This document shows positions 43,415-57,822 of a DNA stretch of 64,000 nt, in pieces. The stretch comes from Eledone cirrhosa (Eukaryota). The notes below the pieces were generated by a model. That model was given only the letters and a program-made list of their open reading frames with translations, was not told where the DNA came from and searched no databases. The stretch lies in NCBI GenBank assembly GCA_964016885.1, contig OZ024761.1:24242001-24306000 (forward strand), written 5' to 3'. The position numbers were made by a program, and so were the translations under genes. Positions within the stretch are counted from its first letter, which is position 1. Every line of letters begins with the position of its first letter.

Positions 43415-43638
43415 TATATAAAGAATGAATAATAACAGGTAGACATCATAAAAAGGTAATTTATTCCGTATGCCTACAAATGTTTCCACGGTGGTACTAC
43501 AGCCTAGTTATGCTATGTGCAAATTTACAACTATTTGCAGAATTCAAATATCCAATGCTGTGACCACTGTATCCTCAGAGCAGAATGGTTAAATTACCTT
43601 TTTATGATGTCTACCTGTTATTATTCATTCTTTATATA
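43415..43638. repeat. Inverted repeats (~45 bp) bracketing a hammerhead
   Basis: aagaatgaataataacaggtagacatcataaaaaggtaattta / taaattacctttttatgatgtctacctgttattattcattctt. Confidence 0.88.
43464..43585 (-). ncRNA. Type-I hammerhead ribozyme between inverted repeats
   Basis: Minus strand: UUCUGCU CUGAGGA UACAGUGGU...ACCACCGUG GAAAC AUUU GUA| GGCA-UAC-GGAA. Confidence 0.7.
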
Positions 43639-43774
43639 CACTCCGGAATACAGAAGGATCAGGTACTAAGTTTCTCCAACAATTCTTCCATTACTCGTAG
43701 AGTAACCTCTCACCGTACGTCAACCATATCCAGTGTAGTAATTAACCATCACTACATCTAGGATAATCCTATAC

Positions 43775-43828
<54 letters not shown>

Positions 43829-44035
43829 CAGATTAGAGCAAAAATCACGAGCACTCTATCTCAAAATTATTTTTGAAAAGCATAAGAAATGCGCAACCGG
43901 TAAAAAATTAAAACTAAAACTGAATACTAACTAATACTTATTACTAATTTATACTTATTCCTAATTAAACTATTTTTCACTGGGAAAAATTTGTCAGCAT
44001 TTTCTTTTCCTTTTTACTAATATATATTTATATAT

Positions 44036-44099
<64 letters not shown>

Positions 44100-44101
<2 letters not shown>

Positions 44102-44300
44102 TAACACGGTAAAAAGTTCCCAGTTCCACACTGTAAATGTGGTTGGTGTTAGGAAGGGCATCCAGCCGTAGAAAACCTGCCAGACAGTCCTATATGAGCG
44201 AGACACGGTCACCCGACCAACCTTGCCTCAAGTGGGACAACTCCCGTCTAACCCATGTTAGCGTGGAAGATGGACGTTAAACGATGATGATGATGATGAT
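44100..44300 (+). mobile_element. Third SINE-like family, 3' part with (GAT)n tail
   Basis: gttggtgttaggaagggcatccagccgtagaaaacc...ggacgttaaacgatgatgat. Reverse copy at about 34677-34872. Confidence 0.72.
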
Positions 44301-44326
44301 ATATATATATATATATTTCCCTGAGT

Positions 44327-45067
44327 CAGTTTTTTTCGTTGTTCCGGTCCTAGCGGCTCGCATTTCGGTCGCTGTCTTCAATTTGCATAGCTGTCTAAAC
44401 GTAATGTTATAACTCTAAGGTAAAATTCCTTATTGAGTGCTTTTGGTTGCACTTACCGACAGCATTCGTTAGCTTGCCCGCAACCAGAGCTTCGATTATG
44501 CTGAACTACCTTTTTGTATTATTATCCCCTAGATTTAATGATTAATTGATTAATTTAATTAGACAATTCTATTGATTGGTTAATTGTTTATGTTTGTTTA
44601 ATAACATCTAGTTGAGAGCTATTATTCGGTTTGTGTAAAGGATTTAAATCCTTTGTTCAAATTTGGAATTTATCACCAAAACCGGGGGTTACCTCCCTTC
44701 GGATAAACCACGTGACTACTGGCAGTGTTTACTACTAGTTCTTACAACCGCCAGCGGCAGAACGGATACTTGTTGACGAAGTAAATTCCACTGTTCTATC
44801 TTGCAGGCCCCTGCAAATAGATTTTGTTGATTTCGGATTAACAGAAACCTAGTGGAGATGTTATATAATATTATGTAAGTCGTTTTTTTTTTCGTTGTTC
44901 CGGTCCTAGCGGCTCGCATTTTGGTCTCTGTCTTCAATTTGCATAGCTGTCTAATGTAATGTTATAACTCTAAGGTAAAATTTCTTATTGAGTGCTTTTG
45001 GCTGTACTTACCGACTGCATTCGTTAGCTTGCCCGCAACCAGAGCTTCGATTATGCTGTACTACCTT

Positions 45068-45068
<1 letters not shown>
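44327..45068. mobile_element. Element with ~185-bp terminal direct repeats and ~370-bp non-coding interior
   Basis: About 44330-44513 versus 44885-45068 (ttttttcgttgttccggtcctagcggctcgc...gcttcgattatgctg.actacctt). (TA)n on both sides. Confidence 0.8.
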
Positions 45069-45112
<44 letters not shown>

Positions 45113-45529
45113 TTTCATAAGGATGTATATGTATATATTTAGACATAGTCATCGATACATATATGAGTGTGGCTACCTTCCAAGGTGTGGTTCTATGAAA
45201 AGAAAAAATTAAGCAAACAATTATTAATCAGAACTATATGAAATTATAAGTCTGAAGAACAGTCAGACAAAATATATCCAATTTTTCTTCTCTTTAGTCC
45301 GTAGAAATTAACCAGATAAATAATCATTTAATCGCAGCTAAGGTTAAAATGTAACTTTGAAGAAATAACAGATAAATGCCACAGACTTTCCTCTGTGGGG
45401 GAACAGTCAGATAACATTTACCCAGTCTTTCCTCTTAGTCCGTAGAAATTAACTAGATAAATAATCGATTAAACGGAGCTAGGTCTAAAATGCAAGATTG
45501 AAGAAAAAATGTATATAAACTTTACCAAA

Positions 45530-46400
45530 GTTCTTCCAGTCCCGATCGCCTCCTTCTCCCCCTCTTGACGTCAAGTCCCCCCAACGCACTTGGGATGCTA
45601 TGCAGTGCAGCCTGGCCCCAGACAGGCTCACGCGCCAGCTTAACCAGCACCGCCTTGCTTGTTTTTGTGCGGCCTCCAAACCCCACAGTGGTGCCTGGCT
45701 CCATGCCCTGCCCTCCTTCTCCTATGGCACGCAGCTAGACAACCATAGCCTGCGAATCGGCGTTTCCCTGAGGCTCGGCCTCCGGATCTGCTAGCCACAC
45801 CAATGTCGTTGCGGTTCCACCGTGGACTCTTTCGACCTCCACCCGCTTTCCCGTCGCCACAGTGCCGGCCGCATTCCACGCCATGCTGTCATCAACGAGG
45901 TCATTAAGCATAGCTTGGACGTTGCAGGCTTCCCTTCCCAGCTCGAGGCGGTGGGGCTGGATCGAGGGGACGGCAAAAGGCCAGATGGCATGACCATCTT
46001 CCCGTTCCGCGGTGGCAAACCCCTCATCTGGGATGCCACTTGCACCGACACTTTCTGCAGCCGCAACCTGGTGCAGTCTACGACTGTCCCAGGCTCTGCT
46101 GCACGTCGGGCTGAGGAGTACCAAACTCCTCAAATACCGGTCGCTCTCCGACAGGTTTGCGGTCGTACCCCTGGCAGTGGAGACTTCTGGTGTCCTCGGC
46201 CCCAGGGCTACCTCCTTACTCACCACCATAGGCGCTGAGCTGGCCAGCCGCAGGTCTCAGCCCCGCGAGTTGGAGTGGCTTTTCCAGCGCGTCTCCCTTG
46301 CCGTCCTCCGGAGAAACACCTTCTCCATTCTGTCCGCCGGGCTGAGGGTGGGCCCCATCGCGTACCAATACATTAGTTAAATACCATTCTTTCATCTGAT
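45530..46400 (+). mobile_element. CRE-clade non-LTR retrotransposon 3' fragment (restriction-like endonuclease), pseudogenised
   Basis: GC-rich island: SGAWLHALP...LRIGVSLRLG..C*PHQCRCG...RHAVIN...DGKRPDG...WDATCTDT.../KYRSL...PLAVETSGVLG...FQRVSLAVLRRN. Stop at 45792 and a frameshift near 46120. Confidence 0.8.
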
Positions 46401-46629
46401 ATAACACCAATATATATTTTTACTTGTGCATCATGTTATTAGCTCCTACTTTGTGGATATGTCCTATCCTGGTATTATCCATGAGGCTTCGACCTTCTCA
46501 AGAGACTAAAATTAGTAGGACTAACATTTCTACAGTGATTGCCGCCAGAAATGAATTCAAAATGGGTTACGAATGAAACATTTCTACTTCCGTAAAGTCA
46601 TTTCTATAATAAAATAAATATGCCTAAAT

Positions 46630-46721
46630 ACATATTACATATGTTTCACTGTCGATCAGCTCGAGGAACTGTCTATTAAAGATCGAACCTGACTCTGGAA
46701 TCGGAAGCTCCTCAGATATGT
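46630..46721 (-). ncRNA. Type-I hammerhead ribozyme (paralog of 17670-17761)
   Basis: Minus strand: ACAUAU CUGAGGA GCUUCCGAU...AUCGACAGU GAAAC AUAU GUA| AUAUGU. Confidence 0.75.
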
Positions 46722-46779
46722 TTTAACATGTATATATATATGTACATATATGTACAGTTGTATGTGTGTGCGTGTGTAT

Positions 46780-46864
<85 letters not shown>

Positions 46865-46920
46865 CTCTTCTGTGTGTATATTATAAATATATGTAAGATA
46901 AACATTAATTAATAATAGTT

Positions 46921-47190
46921 TCCTTACGGGATCGATAAAATAAAGTACCAGTAATGCACTGGGTAATTGCTGGCCTTGTGCCAAAAGTAGAAACAATTAA
47001 TTAATAATAGTTTCTACTTTTGGCACAAGGCCAGCAATTATTCTAGTGTATTACTGGTACTTTATTTTATCGATCCTGTAAGGATGAAAGGCAAAGTTAA
47101 CCTCGGCGGGATTTGAACTCAGATCATAAAGTGAGGTAACTCTATGCTTCAAAGCATGGCGTCCGACCCTCTACCGATACTAGTAATCCA
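46921..47190. mobile_element. Tail-to-tail SINE pair (partial plus copy, full minus copy)
   Basis: ...gtgccaaaagtagaaac aattaattaataata gtttctacttttggcac... Confidence 0.85.
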
Positions 47191-47959
47191 CCAGTAATTA
47201 ATAATATAAAGAAGTCGGACCGTGGTTTCGTCAGTCATAATACTCAGTCTCCCCATCCGTCCGTCCGTCCGTCCCACTGCCAGGCCGACCGTCTATGTCA
47301 TCAGCCTGCAATATATATATATATGTGTATATATATGTATATATGTGTATATATATATGTGTATATGTATATGTGTATATATATATGTGTATATATATAT
47401 ATATATGTATATATGTATATATATATATATATGTGAGTATATATATATATGTATATATGTATATATATATGTGTATATGTATATGTGTATATATATATAT
47501 GTGTATATATATATATGTATATATGTATATATATATATATATATGTGTATATATATATCTGTATATATATATGTATATATGTATATATATATATATATAT
47601 GTGTATATATATATGTGTATATATATATATGTGTATATATATATGTATATATATGTATATATATATATATGTGTATATATATGTGTATATATATATATAT
47701 ATGTGTATATATATATGTATATATGTATATATATATATATGTGAGTATATATATATATGTATATATGTATATATATATGTGTATATGTATATGTGTATAT
47801 ATATATATGTGTATATATATATATGTATATATGTATATATATATATATATGTGTATATATATATGTGTATATATATATGTATATATGTATATATATATAT
47901 ATATGTGTATATATATATGTGTATATATATATATGTGTATATATATATGTATATATATG

Positions 47960-47990
<31 letters not shown>

Positions 47991-48025
47991 GTGTATATAT
48001 ATATATATGTGTATATATATATGTA

Positions 48026-48068
<43 letters not shown>

Positions 48069-48238
48069 CTCTGCAGGCAGCCAGGCCAACAGCATCAGTT
48101 TATAGGTAGCTAGAAAGTTCCATTCTTTAATTCTTTCTTTCCTTCTTTCTCCCCGTTAATCTGTAAAGACATCAGTCTCGTGTAATAACTTAATAATAGT
48201 GTCCAGTAATATATCTTGATGTAGAGAGGAGATACACA

Positions 48239-48289
<51 letters not shown>

Positions 48290-48294
48290 ATATA

Positions 48295-48336
<42 letters not shown>

Positions 48337-48360
48337 TGTGTGTGTGTCTGTGTGTATATA

Positions 48361-48405
<45 letters not shown>

Positions 48406-48550
48406 GTATGTACATATGTATAAATATATATATGCGTATAAATAAATATATATATGTATATGTGTATTATATATATATATGTATAAATATATATTTATAT
48501 ATATAAGCACACACACACACGCATATAAATATATATATGTATATGTGTAT

Positions 48551-48615
<65 letters not shown>

Positions 48616-48642
48616 ATGTATATATATATATTTTATATATAT

Positions 48643-48679
<37 letters not shown>

Positions 48680-48728
48680 ATATATATGTGTATGTATATA
48701 TATATATATACATATATATATCTATGTG

Positions 48729-48791
<63 letters not shown>

Positions 48792-48808
48792 TATATATAT
48801 ATATACAT

Positions 48809-48933
<125 letters not shown>

Positions 48934-50058
48934 CCATAAAACAGACACAGACCAAGAAGTTTAAAAAGAAAGAAATAACAGACATACAAATATATTGGAG
49001 ACCAGGAACAACAACAATTAACACCACCACCACTACTGCTTCCAATACCACCACTATACTACCACCACTACCACTACACCACCACCACTACACCAAGACC
49101 ATCACCACCACTACACCACCACCACTATACCAACACCTCCACCACCATTACACCACCATCACTACACCAACACAACCACCGCCACCACTACACCAACACC
49201 ACCACCACCATTACACCACCAATAACAATACCACCACCACTACACCAACACCACCACCACCACCACCACACCACCACCACCACTACACCACCACCACTAC
49301 TACACCACTACACCACCACCACCACCACCACCACTACACCAACACCAGCACCACCACTACACCACCACCACCACACCACCACCACCACCACCACCACCCC
49401 TACACCACCGCTACACCACCACCACCCCTACAACACCACCACTACACCACCACCACCACCACCACCACCACCACCACCACCACTACACCACTACACCACC
49501 ACCACACCACCGCCACCAACGCCCCTACACCACCATCACACCACCACCACCACCACCCCTACACCACCACCACCACCACCACCGCTACACCACCACAACC
49601 ACCACCAACGCCCCTACACCACCACCACCCCTACACCACCACCACCACTACACCACCACCGCCACCACCACCACCACCACCACCACCACCGCCACCACCA
49701 CCACCACCACTACACCACCACCACCACCACCACCACCACCACCACCACCACCACCACCACCACCGCCACCACCACCACCACTACACCACCACCACCACCA
49801 CCACCACCACCACCACCACCACCACCTCTGCACCACCACCACCACTACACCACCACGACACCACCACCACCGCCACCACCACTAAGTGACCAGCAGATGT
49901 AGTAATAGTTAAAGGGTCCAATTAGAACCTTTGAACGAGGCAATAATTGCCTATCTCAGTCGATAAATTGGTCCTTAATAACTGTGGAACATATTAAAGG
50001 AGGAGGAGGGCTGACTGTAATGTTATGAAGACTGGCAGTTCGCTTCACTGATTTAGAA

Positions 50059-50089
<31 letters not shown>

Positions 50090-50222
50090 GCTGCTACTGC
50101 TACTACTGCTGCTGCTGCTGCTGCTGCTACTGCTGTTACTACTACTGCTGCTACTACTACTACTACTACTACTACTACTGCTCCTACTAATGCTACTGCT
50201 ACTACTACTACTACTGCTGCTG

Positions 50223-50258
<36 letters not shown>

Positions 50259-50333
50259 GAATTACTACTACTACTAAAGCTGTTGCCACTATTGCTGTTG
50301 CTACTACCAACACCATCGCCGCCGCTGGTGCTG

Positions 50334-50387
<54 letters not shown>

Positions 50388-50403
50388 TTACTACTACTAG
50401 AAT

Positions 50404-50459
<56 letters not shown>

Positions 50460-50685
50460 TCATTCACTTGATAGTGCGATGCTGGGGCACCTAAAGTTTT
50501 AGCGTATTTTATTATTTTCAAATTTCATTCTACGTTTATCTCGTTCCTCGGATTTAAAACGTCCAAGAGTCTCCGTCTCTATCGACGACAACTCTATGTC
50601 TCCATCAAGGGGTTAAGTGCCCTTTTTCTTTACCTTCTACGGTTGTAAAAACAATCAGCTCCTTTCTTCTGCAAGGAGTTGTTAG

Positions 50686-51545
50686 CGATAGATAATATCA
50701 GGAATGAAAAGACAAACAAAAAAAAAACCTATGGAAACACACTTTCCATGGTCCGATCTGATGTCGTTTCCCTTTTCTTTCCAGGCGTAATGGCTGACAG
50801 AAAGTATCAACAATAGAAGGACCAATGGAAATATTGTTTCATTGGTCAGATCTGATGACCAGGGCTCTCTTTTGCTAGTAGTTAAGATAGACAGAAAGTA
50901 TCAACAATAGAAGGACCAATGGAAATATTGTTTCATTGGTCAGATCTGATGACCAGGGCCTCTCTTTTGCTAGGAGTTAAGATAGACAGAAAGTATCAGC
51001 AATAGAAGGACCAATGGAAATATTGTTTCATTGGTCAGATCTGATGACCAGGGCCTCTCTTTTGCTAGGAGTTAAGATAGACAGAAAGTATCAGCAATAG
51101 AAGGACCAATGGAAATATTGTTTCATTGGTCAGATCTGATGACCAGGGCCTCTCTTTTGCTAGGAGTTAAGATAGACAGAAAGTATCAACAATAGAAGGA
51201 CCAATGGAAATATTGTTTCATTGGTCAGATCTGATGACCAGGGCTCTCTTTTGCTAGGAGTTAAGATAGACAGAAAGTATCAGCAATAGAAGGACCAATG
51301 GAAATATTGTTTCATTGGTCAGATCTGATGACCAGGGCCTCTCTTCTGCTAGGAGTTATGATAGACAGAAAGTATCAGCAATAGAAGGACCAATGGAAAT
51401 ATTGTTTCATTGGTCAGATCTGATGATCGACTCCTTTCTTTTGCCGGGTGTTGTGACCGACAGATCGTATAATATTAGCAATGGAAAGAACAATGAAAAT
51501 ATTGTTTCTTTGGTCTGATCGATCTGACAATCAGTTCTTTCCCTT
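50686..51545. repeat. 95-bp tandem repeat, 7 conserved plus 2 diverged units
   Basis: acagaaagtatc at 50797, 50891, 50986, 51081, 51176, 51270 and 51365. Confidence 0.95.
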
Positions 51546-52014
51546 TCGTTTTTCAGCTGATGACTGCTGCATCATCACCAAATGCCACGTGACTTACTGC
51601 TGCATTATCTAGTATTTATTAAATGAGCGAACGATTCAACTACTAAGTCTCGAAGAGGTTATCGTGAACATTTAAGTACAAGTTCTCAGTTTCAGCTGTG
51701 AACCGTACCTGAACCGTACATGTGACTTGTTAATGGCACATCATCCCACTTCCAACATTCATACGGTCTCTTACGCACACACACACGGGCGCGTTCATTT
51801 TTCTTTTCTTTCTGTGCCATTCTATTTTTCTAAATTCTTCTGCATCTCATTCCGATGAGGGTCAGTCATCCGAAACGTTACGACTTTTTCAGAGTATATC
51901 AATCGCTAAGTTAATAAATATCAAAATATCATCATTGTGTTGCATTGCTCCCCTGTGTTGCTTTCCTGAATTGATTTTTCATTTTATATATATCTATATC
52001 TCTATCTCTCTCTC

Positions 52015-52092
<78 letters not shown>

Positions 52093-52093
52093 C

Positions 52094-52129
<36 letters not shown>

Positions 52130-52281
52130 GTGCACACATGTACACAATATACACATATGCATGTATATATATATAGATATATACAGACTTACATACATAG
52201 CACCATCACAAACATATACACACACAATACACATACACACATACATATGCACATAGACACACATATGCTCACACAGACACA

Positions 52282-52333
<52 letters not shown>

Positions 52334-53180
52334 CACGCATTCACAAACATACACACAGATACACATACAGATATACACACAATATTATGGTGGTGATGGT
52401 GGTGATGGTGGAGATGGTGGAGGTAGTGGTCGTGATGGTGGTGTTGGTGATGACAGTGATGGTGGTGGTGGTGATGAGGGTGGTGGTGGTGATTGTGGGT
52501 GGTCGTGGTATAGGCTGTGATGATGATAGTGATGGTGGTGGTGGTGGTGGTGGTGTGGTGGGGGTGATAGTGATAGTGGTGGTGGTGGTGGTGTTGCTGG
52601 TGGTAGTGATGATAGTGATGGTGGTGGCGGTGTAGTGGTGGTGGCGGTGGTGTAGTGGTGGTGGTGGTGTAGTCGTGGTGGTGTTGTAGTGGTGGTGGTG
52701 GTGGTTTAGTGGTGGTGGTGGTGGTGGTAGTGGTGATGTAGTGGTGGTAGTGGTGGTGGTGTAGTGATGATGGTGGTGGTGGTGTAGTGGTGGTGGTGGT
52801 GTAGTGGTCGTGGTGTAGTGGTGGTGGTGGTGGTAGTGGTGATGTAGTGGTGGTGGTGTAGTGGTGGTGGTGGTGGTTTAGTGGTGGTGGTGGTGGTGGT
52901 GGTGTAGTGGTGGTGGTGGTGTAGTGGTGGTGGTGGTGTAGTGGTGTAGTGGTGGTGGTGGTGGTAGTGTAGTGGTGTCATATATATATATGCATACAAT
53001 AAAGTACGTCCACAGAATCATTTGATAAGATATATGCATACATATATTTATATATACACACACAAACTTATATATATATATATTCAATTGAATAAATAAA
53101 TATATATGTGTGTAATATTATATATATGTACATATATATATATATACATATATATATATACCTATATATATACATATATA

Positions 53181-53224
<44 letters not shown>

Positions 53225-53258
53225 CATATATATTGAAGGACCCTCACCAAGTATAACA

Positions 53259-53292
<34 letters not shown>

Positions 53293-53474
53293 ATGTGTGT
53301 GTGTGTCTATCTGTGTATATATGTCGGTATATGTGTGTGTGCCTGATGGATGTATGAACGTATATATATATATATGTGTGTGTGTGTTCATATGTGTGCA
53401 TATGTGTGTATATGTGTGTGTGTGTGTGTGTTCTCATGTGTGCGTGTGTGTGCGCACGTGTGTGTGTGTGCGCC

Positions 53475-53505
<31 letters not shown>

Positions 53506-53630
53506 TCGCATGTGTGCGTGTGTGCGTTCGCATGTGTGCGTGTGTGTGCGCCCATGTGTGTGTGTGTGTGTGTGTTCGCATGTGTGCGTGTGTGTGTTCG
53601 CATGTGTGCGCACGTGTGTGTGTGTGCGCC

Positions 53631-53664
<34 letters not shown>

Positions 53665-54354
53665 CGACTCCCCTCCTCCGCCACGCCGCCGCCACCAAAC
53701 ACGACTCTGCTGGCAGATTTCAGTAATTTTTGAGTTTTCCGCTCACTTGTTTTTCAACGATATCCTTAATTGTTCACTTGAGGCTTGCTTAATAGCCCAA
53801 GTCTATTGTATAGCGGCCGTGTGGGGGCTGGGGGTCGGGGGTAGGTGTGTAAGTGTGTGTGTGTGTGGGGGGGGGGTTGTGTGGAGACGTGGGGGGGATT
53901 GGAGTGTTGTGTGTGGAGGTGGGTGAGATGTGGGGGTGGATGTGTGTGGAGAGGTGTGTGTGATGTGTGTGTGTGGAGAGGTGGGGGGAGGTATGTTGGT
54001 GGGGGAGGAGAGGTGGGCGTGTGGAGGTGTGGGGGGCTGCAGGAGCAGGGGTGGATAGGTGCGGATGTGTGTGGAGAGGGGGGGGGGGGAGAACCGGGTG
54101 TGGAGGTGTGTGGTGTGTGTGGTGTGTGGTGTGTGTGGTGTGTGGTGTGTGTGGTGTGTGGCGTGTGTGGTGTGTGGTGTGTGGAACTGTGTGTGGAAAA
54201 CTGTGTGGAGTGTGGGGGCTGAAGAACGGTGGGGGGGGGGACTGGGTGGAGAGTTGTGTGTGCGGGGGGGGGGGGGGGGGGGTACTGTGTGTGGTTGTGT
54301 GTAGAACTGTGTGTATATGTGTGATGTGTATATGAATTTCTGTGTGTGTATATA

Positions 54355-55657
54355 TCTATATATATAAAACTGAGGATGTCTGTGTGTGTGTGTGTGTGTG
54401 AGTTTGAATCCCTAAAACTCAAGAAGCACCCAACCGACTATTTTCAAACTTTACACATGTAATACTTATGTTTCAGGGAGTGTTGCGAGCAAAAAGAATT
54501 TCAAATTTTCAATGCCCTAGGGACCGCATCAGGAGAATTAGCGATCTCTCTCTATAATTCTTAGTCTTTCTCTTTTTAGATAGATACATACATATAACGT
54601 CGCGCCCTTATAATATCTGTCTGTATGTCTGGCTGTCTGCATTACGTCACTTCCCACAATTCCGTCTGCATTCAGAAGGCGTCCTTATCTGCTTCCGGTT
54701 ATTCTGCCACCGTTGCTCAAGACAAATCTCACACTCATTCCCCAAACAGTTGGTAAGTGCACACAACTTCTTCCTCACGTTTTAAGCCACAGTGTTTCTT
54801 ACTTATGAACCACCAGACCCTGACTTCTTTGCCAGCCGTGGTTGTGGCAATACTAAGCTTAGCTAAGGCGGTTATATATTTCACACAACACTAATAATAA
54901 AATCCTGTAAAGAAAAACATCGCTATAATAGCTCAGTTTTCACAGTGTTGCTTATTTACGTGCCTGTACAAGAACAAAAGTTACCCAGGGGTATTATGCA
55001 CATAAAACATTCTACTTTTTGATCCCCTAGGGCCCGCATTAGGCGAAAAACTGCATTTTTGGTTTCAGAAGATCCCGTTAAGAGTGAAAGCAACGATTCT
55101 TTGCTTAAACTTTAATCTGATATTTTAATCTATATATGTATGGGTGGGTGGGTTTTGTGTGTGTGTGTGTGTGTGTCTAAAACCCGAGAAGTACCCAACC
55201 GATTATGTTTGAGGGAGTGTTATGCACATAAAATCAACTTTTAGGTGAAAAACTGCGTTTCTTTTAGCTTTTTAGGGTTATTTTGAGGCGTTATTCAGAC
55301 CGATTTCCTTGAGCAGAGAACATCCAACTTTTTTATGGCCTAGAGCCCGCATTAGATGAAAAACTTCTTTTTTCAGCTTTTTCGAGGCGTTAGGTCAAGC
55401 CGATTTTCCCGAAAGTTCACGGCATATTGCGCACATACAAAAAAATTCATTTTCTTGAGGCCCTAGGGCCCGCATCAGGTGAAAACCTGCATTTTTCCTG
55501 CTTCATCGAGGAAAATATTAAAGATTATCCAGCCATCAGAGTATTCGGTATATTTTCTTTACTTATTGTCCTGGCATGCAGTTTTCCACGATTAGGTCTG
55601 TTGGCAGACCGCGTTCCAAAATACCTAATCCCGTGCAACGCCGGGTACCACTGCTAG
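54355..55657 (+). mobile_element. Non-autonomous Helitron-like element (~1.3 kb)
   Basis: 5' a|TCTATATATATAAAA followed by (GT)n. 3' cccgtgcaacgccggg hairpin then CTAG|t. Internal repeats ccctagggcccgcat. Confidence 0.78.
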
Positions 55658-55677
55658 TAAATATATATATATTTATA

Positions 55678-55709
<32 letters not shown>

Positions 55710-55765
55710 CATATATATATATATACATATGTATATATATATATATACATATATATATACATACA

Positions 55766-55882
<117 letters not shown>

Positions 55883-56110
55883 GTATACATATATATATAT
55901 ATATATGTATACATATATATATATATGTATACATATATATATATAGATATATATATACATATATATATATAGATATATATATATATGTATATATATATAT
56001 GTATACATATATATATATATATATGGAAAGTTATATTTAAATTGTTGGGTTACAACTAGTAAATATTTATAACTGATATAAAAGCACTCGACAAGTATTT
56101 GGAGTATATT

Positions 56111-56248
56111 TACAATATTAAATAAATGGAAACTATATTTATAAAACCATATTTATTTCATTATATATATTTCAGGGATATCCCTGAAATATATATAATG
56201 AAATAAATATGGTTTTATAAATATTGTTTCCATTTATTTAATATTGTA
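56111..56248. repeat. Near-perfect palindrome, 69-bp arms, no spacer
   Basis: Centre ttcagggat|atccctgaa at 56179/56180. Confidence 0.9.
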
Positions 56249-56311
56249 TATATATATATATATATATGTGTATACATATATATATATATATATATACAAA
56301 TATATATATAC

Positions 56312-56358
<47 letters not shown>

Positions 56359-56509
56359 CATATATATATACAAATATATATATACATATATATATATACA
56401 TATATATATACATATATATATATACATATATATATACATATATATATATACATATATATATACATATATATATATATACATATATATATACATATATATA
56501 TATATATAC

Positions 56510-56540
<31 letters not shown>

Positions 56541-56901
56541 CATATATATATACATATATACATATGCATATACATATATATATATACATATACATATATA
56601 TATACATATACATATACATATATATATACATATACATATATATATACATATATATATATACATATATATATACATATATATATACATATACATATATATA
56701 TACATATATATATATATACATATATATATACATATATATATATACATATATATATACATATATATATATACATATATGTATATATATACATATATGTATA
56801 TATATACACATATATATATACATATACATATATGTATTTATACATATATATATACGTATAAATAAATATATATATGTATATATACATATATAGAGATATA
56901 A

Positions 56902-56940
<39 letters not shown>

Positions 56941-57185
56941 TGTATTAGTATATATATATATATGTTGTGTGTGTGTGTGTGTGTGCAAAGCTATCTTCTT
57001 TCCGTGTACCCTCACATCACACAACCACACACATAGAACCACATACACAGTACCACATAGACAGAACCACACACACACACAACCACAGAACCACACACAG
57101 ATAGCCCCTCATACATATATATATATGTATATATGTATATATATATATGTATATATATATATATGCATATATATATATGCATATA

Positions 57186-57250
<65 letters not shown>

Positions 57251-57301
57251 ACATATATATATGCATATATATATATATATATGCATATATATATGCATAT
57301 A

Positions 57302-57338
<37 letters not shown>

Positions 57339-57347
<9 letters not shown>

Positions 57348-57611
57348 GAAATCGAAAATGCAACTGGAGTCTTATTTAAAAAAATATATATATATTTATT
57401 TGGTTCCCTTACCGGTTTCGCAGTTCTTCTGCTTTTTAAAAGTAGAGTTGAGATGGAGGGTCTTTGGTTTTTCTCACATGATGTGAGAAAACCACAGACC
57501 CTCCATCTCAACTCTACTTTTAAAAAGCAGAAGAACTGCGAAACCGGTAAAGGAACCAAATAAATATATATATATTTTTTTAAATAAGACTCCAGTTGCA
57601 TTTTCGATTTC

Positions 57612-57620
<9 letters not shown>
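57339..57620. repeat. Near-perfect palindrome, ~140-bp arms, in (TA)n
   Basis: Centre ttctcacat-g-atgtgagaa at 57480. The arms carry gcagaagaactgcGAAACCGGTA. Confidence 0.92.
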
Positions 57621-57671
<51 letters not shown>

Positions 57672-57684
57672 CAACGTCCCTTTT

Positions 57685-57822
57685 CATTCTAAGTTCAAAT
57701 CCCGCCGAGGTTGACTTTGCCTTTCATCCTTACGGGTGTCGATAAAATAAATAAAATAAAATACCAGTAATGCACTGGGTAATTGTTGGCCTTGTGCCAA
57801 AAGTAGAAACAATCATTATTAT
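57685..57822 (+). mobile_element. 5'-truncated SINE copy
   Basis: B box through tail match. Another partial copy lies at 61435-61533. Confidence 0.8.

Noticed and set aside
50686-51545. 95-bp repeat as a CRISPR array or tandem hammerhead
   Set aside because: There are no unique spacers or cas genes. CTGATGA and GAAA are present, but I could not build stem II/III and a cleavage triplet.
51852-51880. ccgatgagggtcagtcatccgaaacgtta hammerhead-like motif
   Set aside because: The core is mutated (CCGA) and no stem I pairing is seen. At most a decayed relic.
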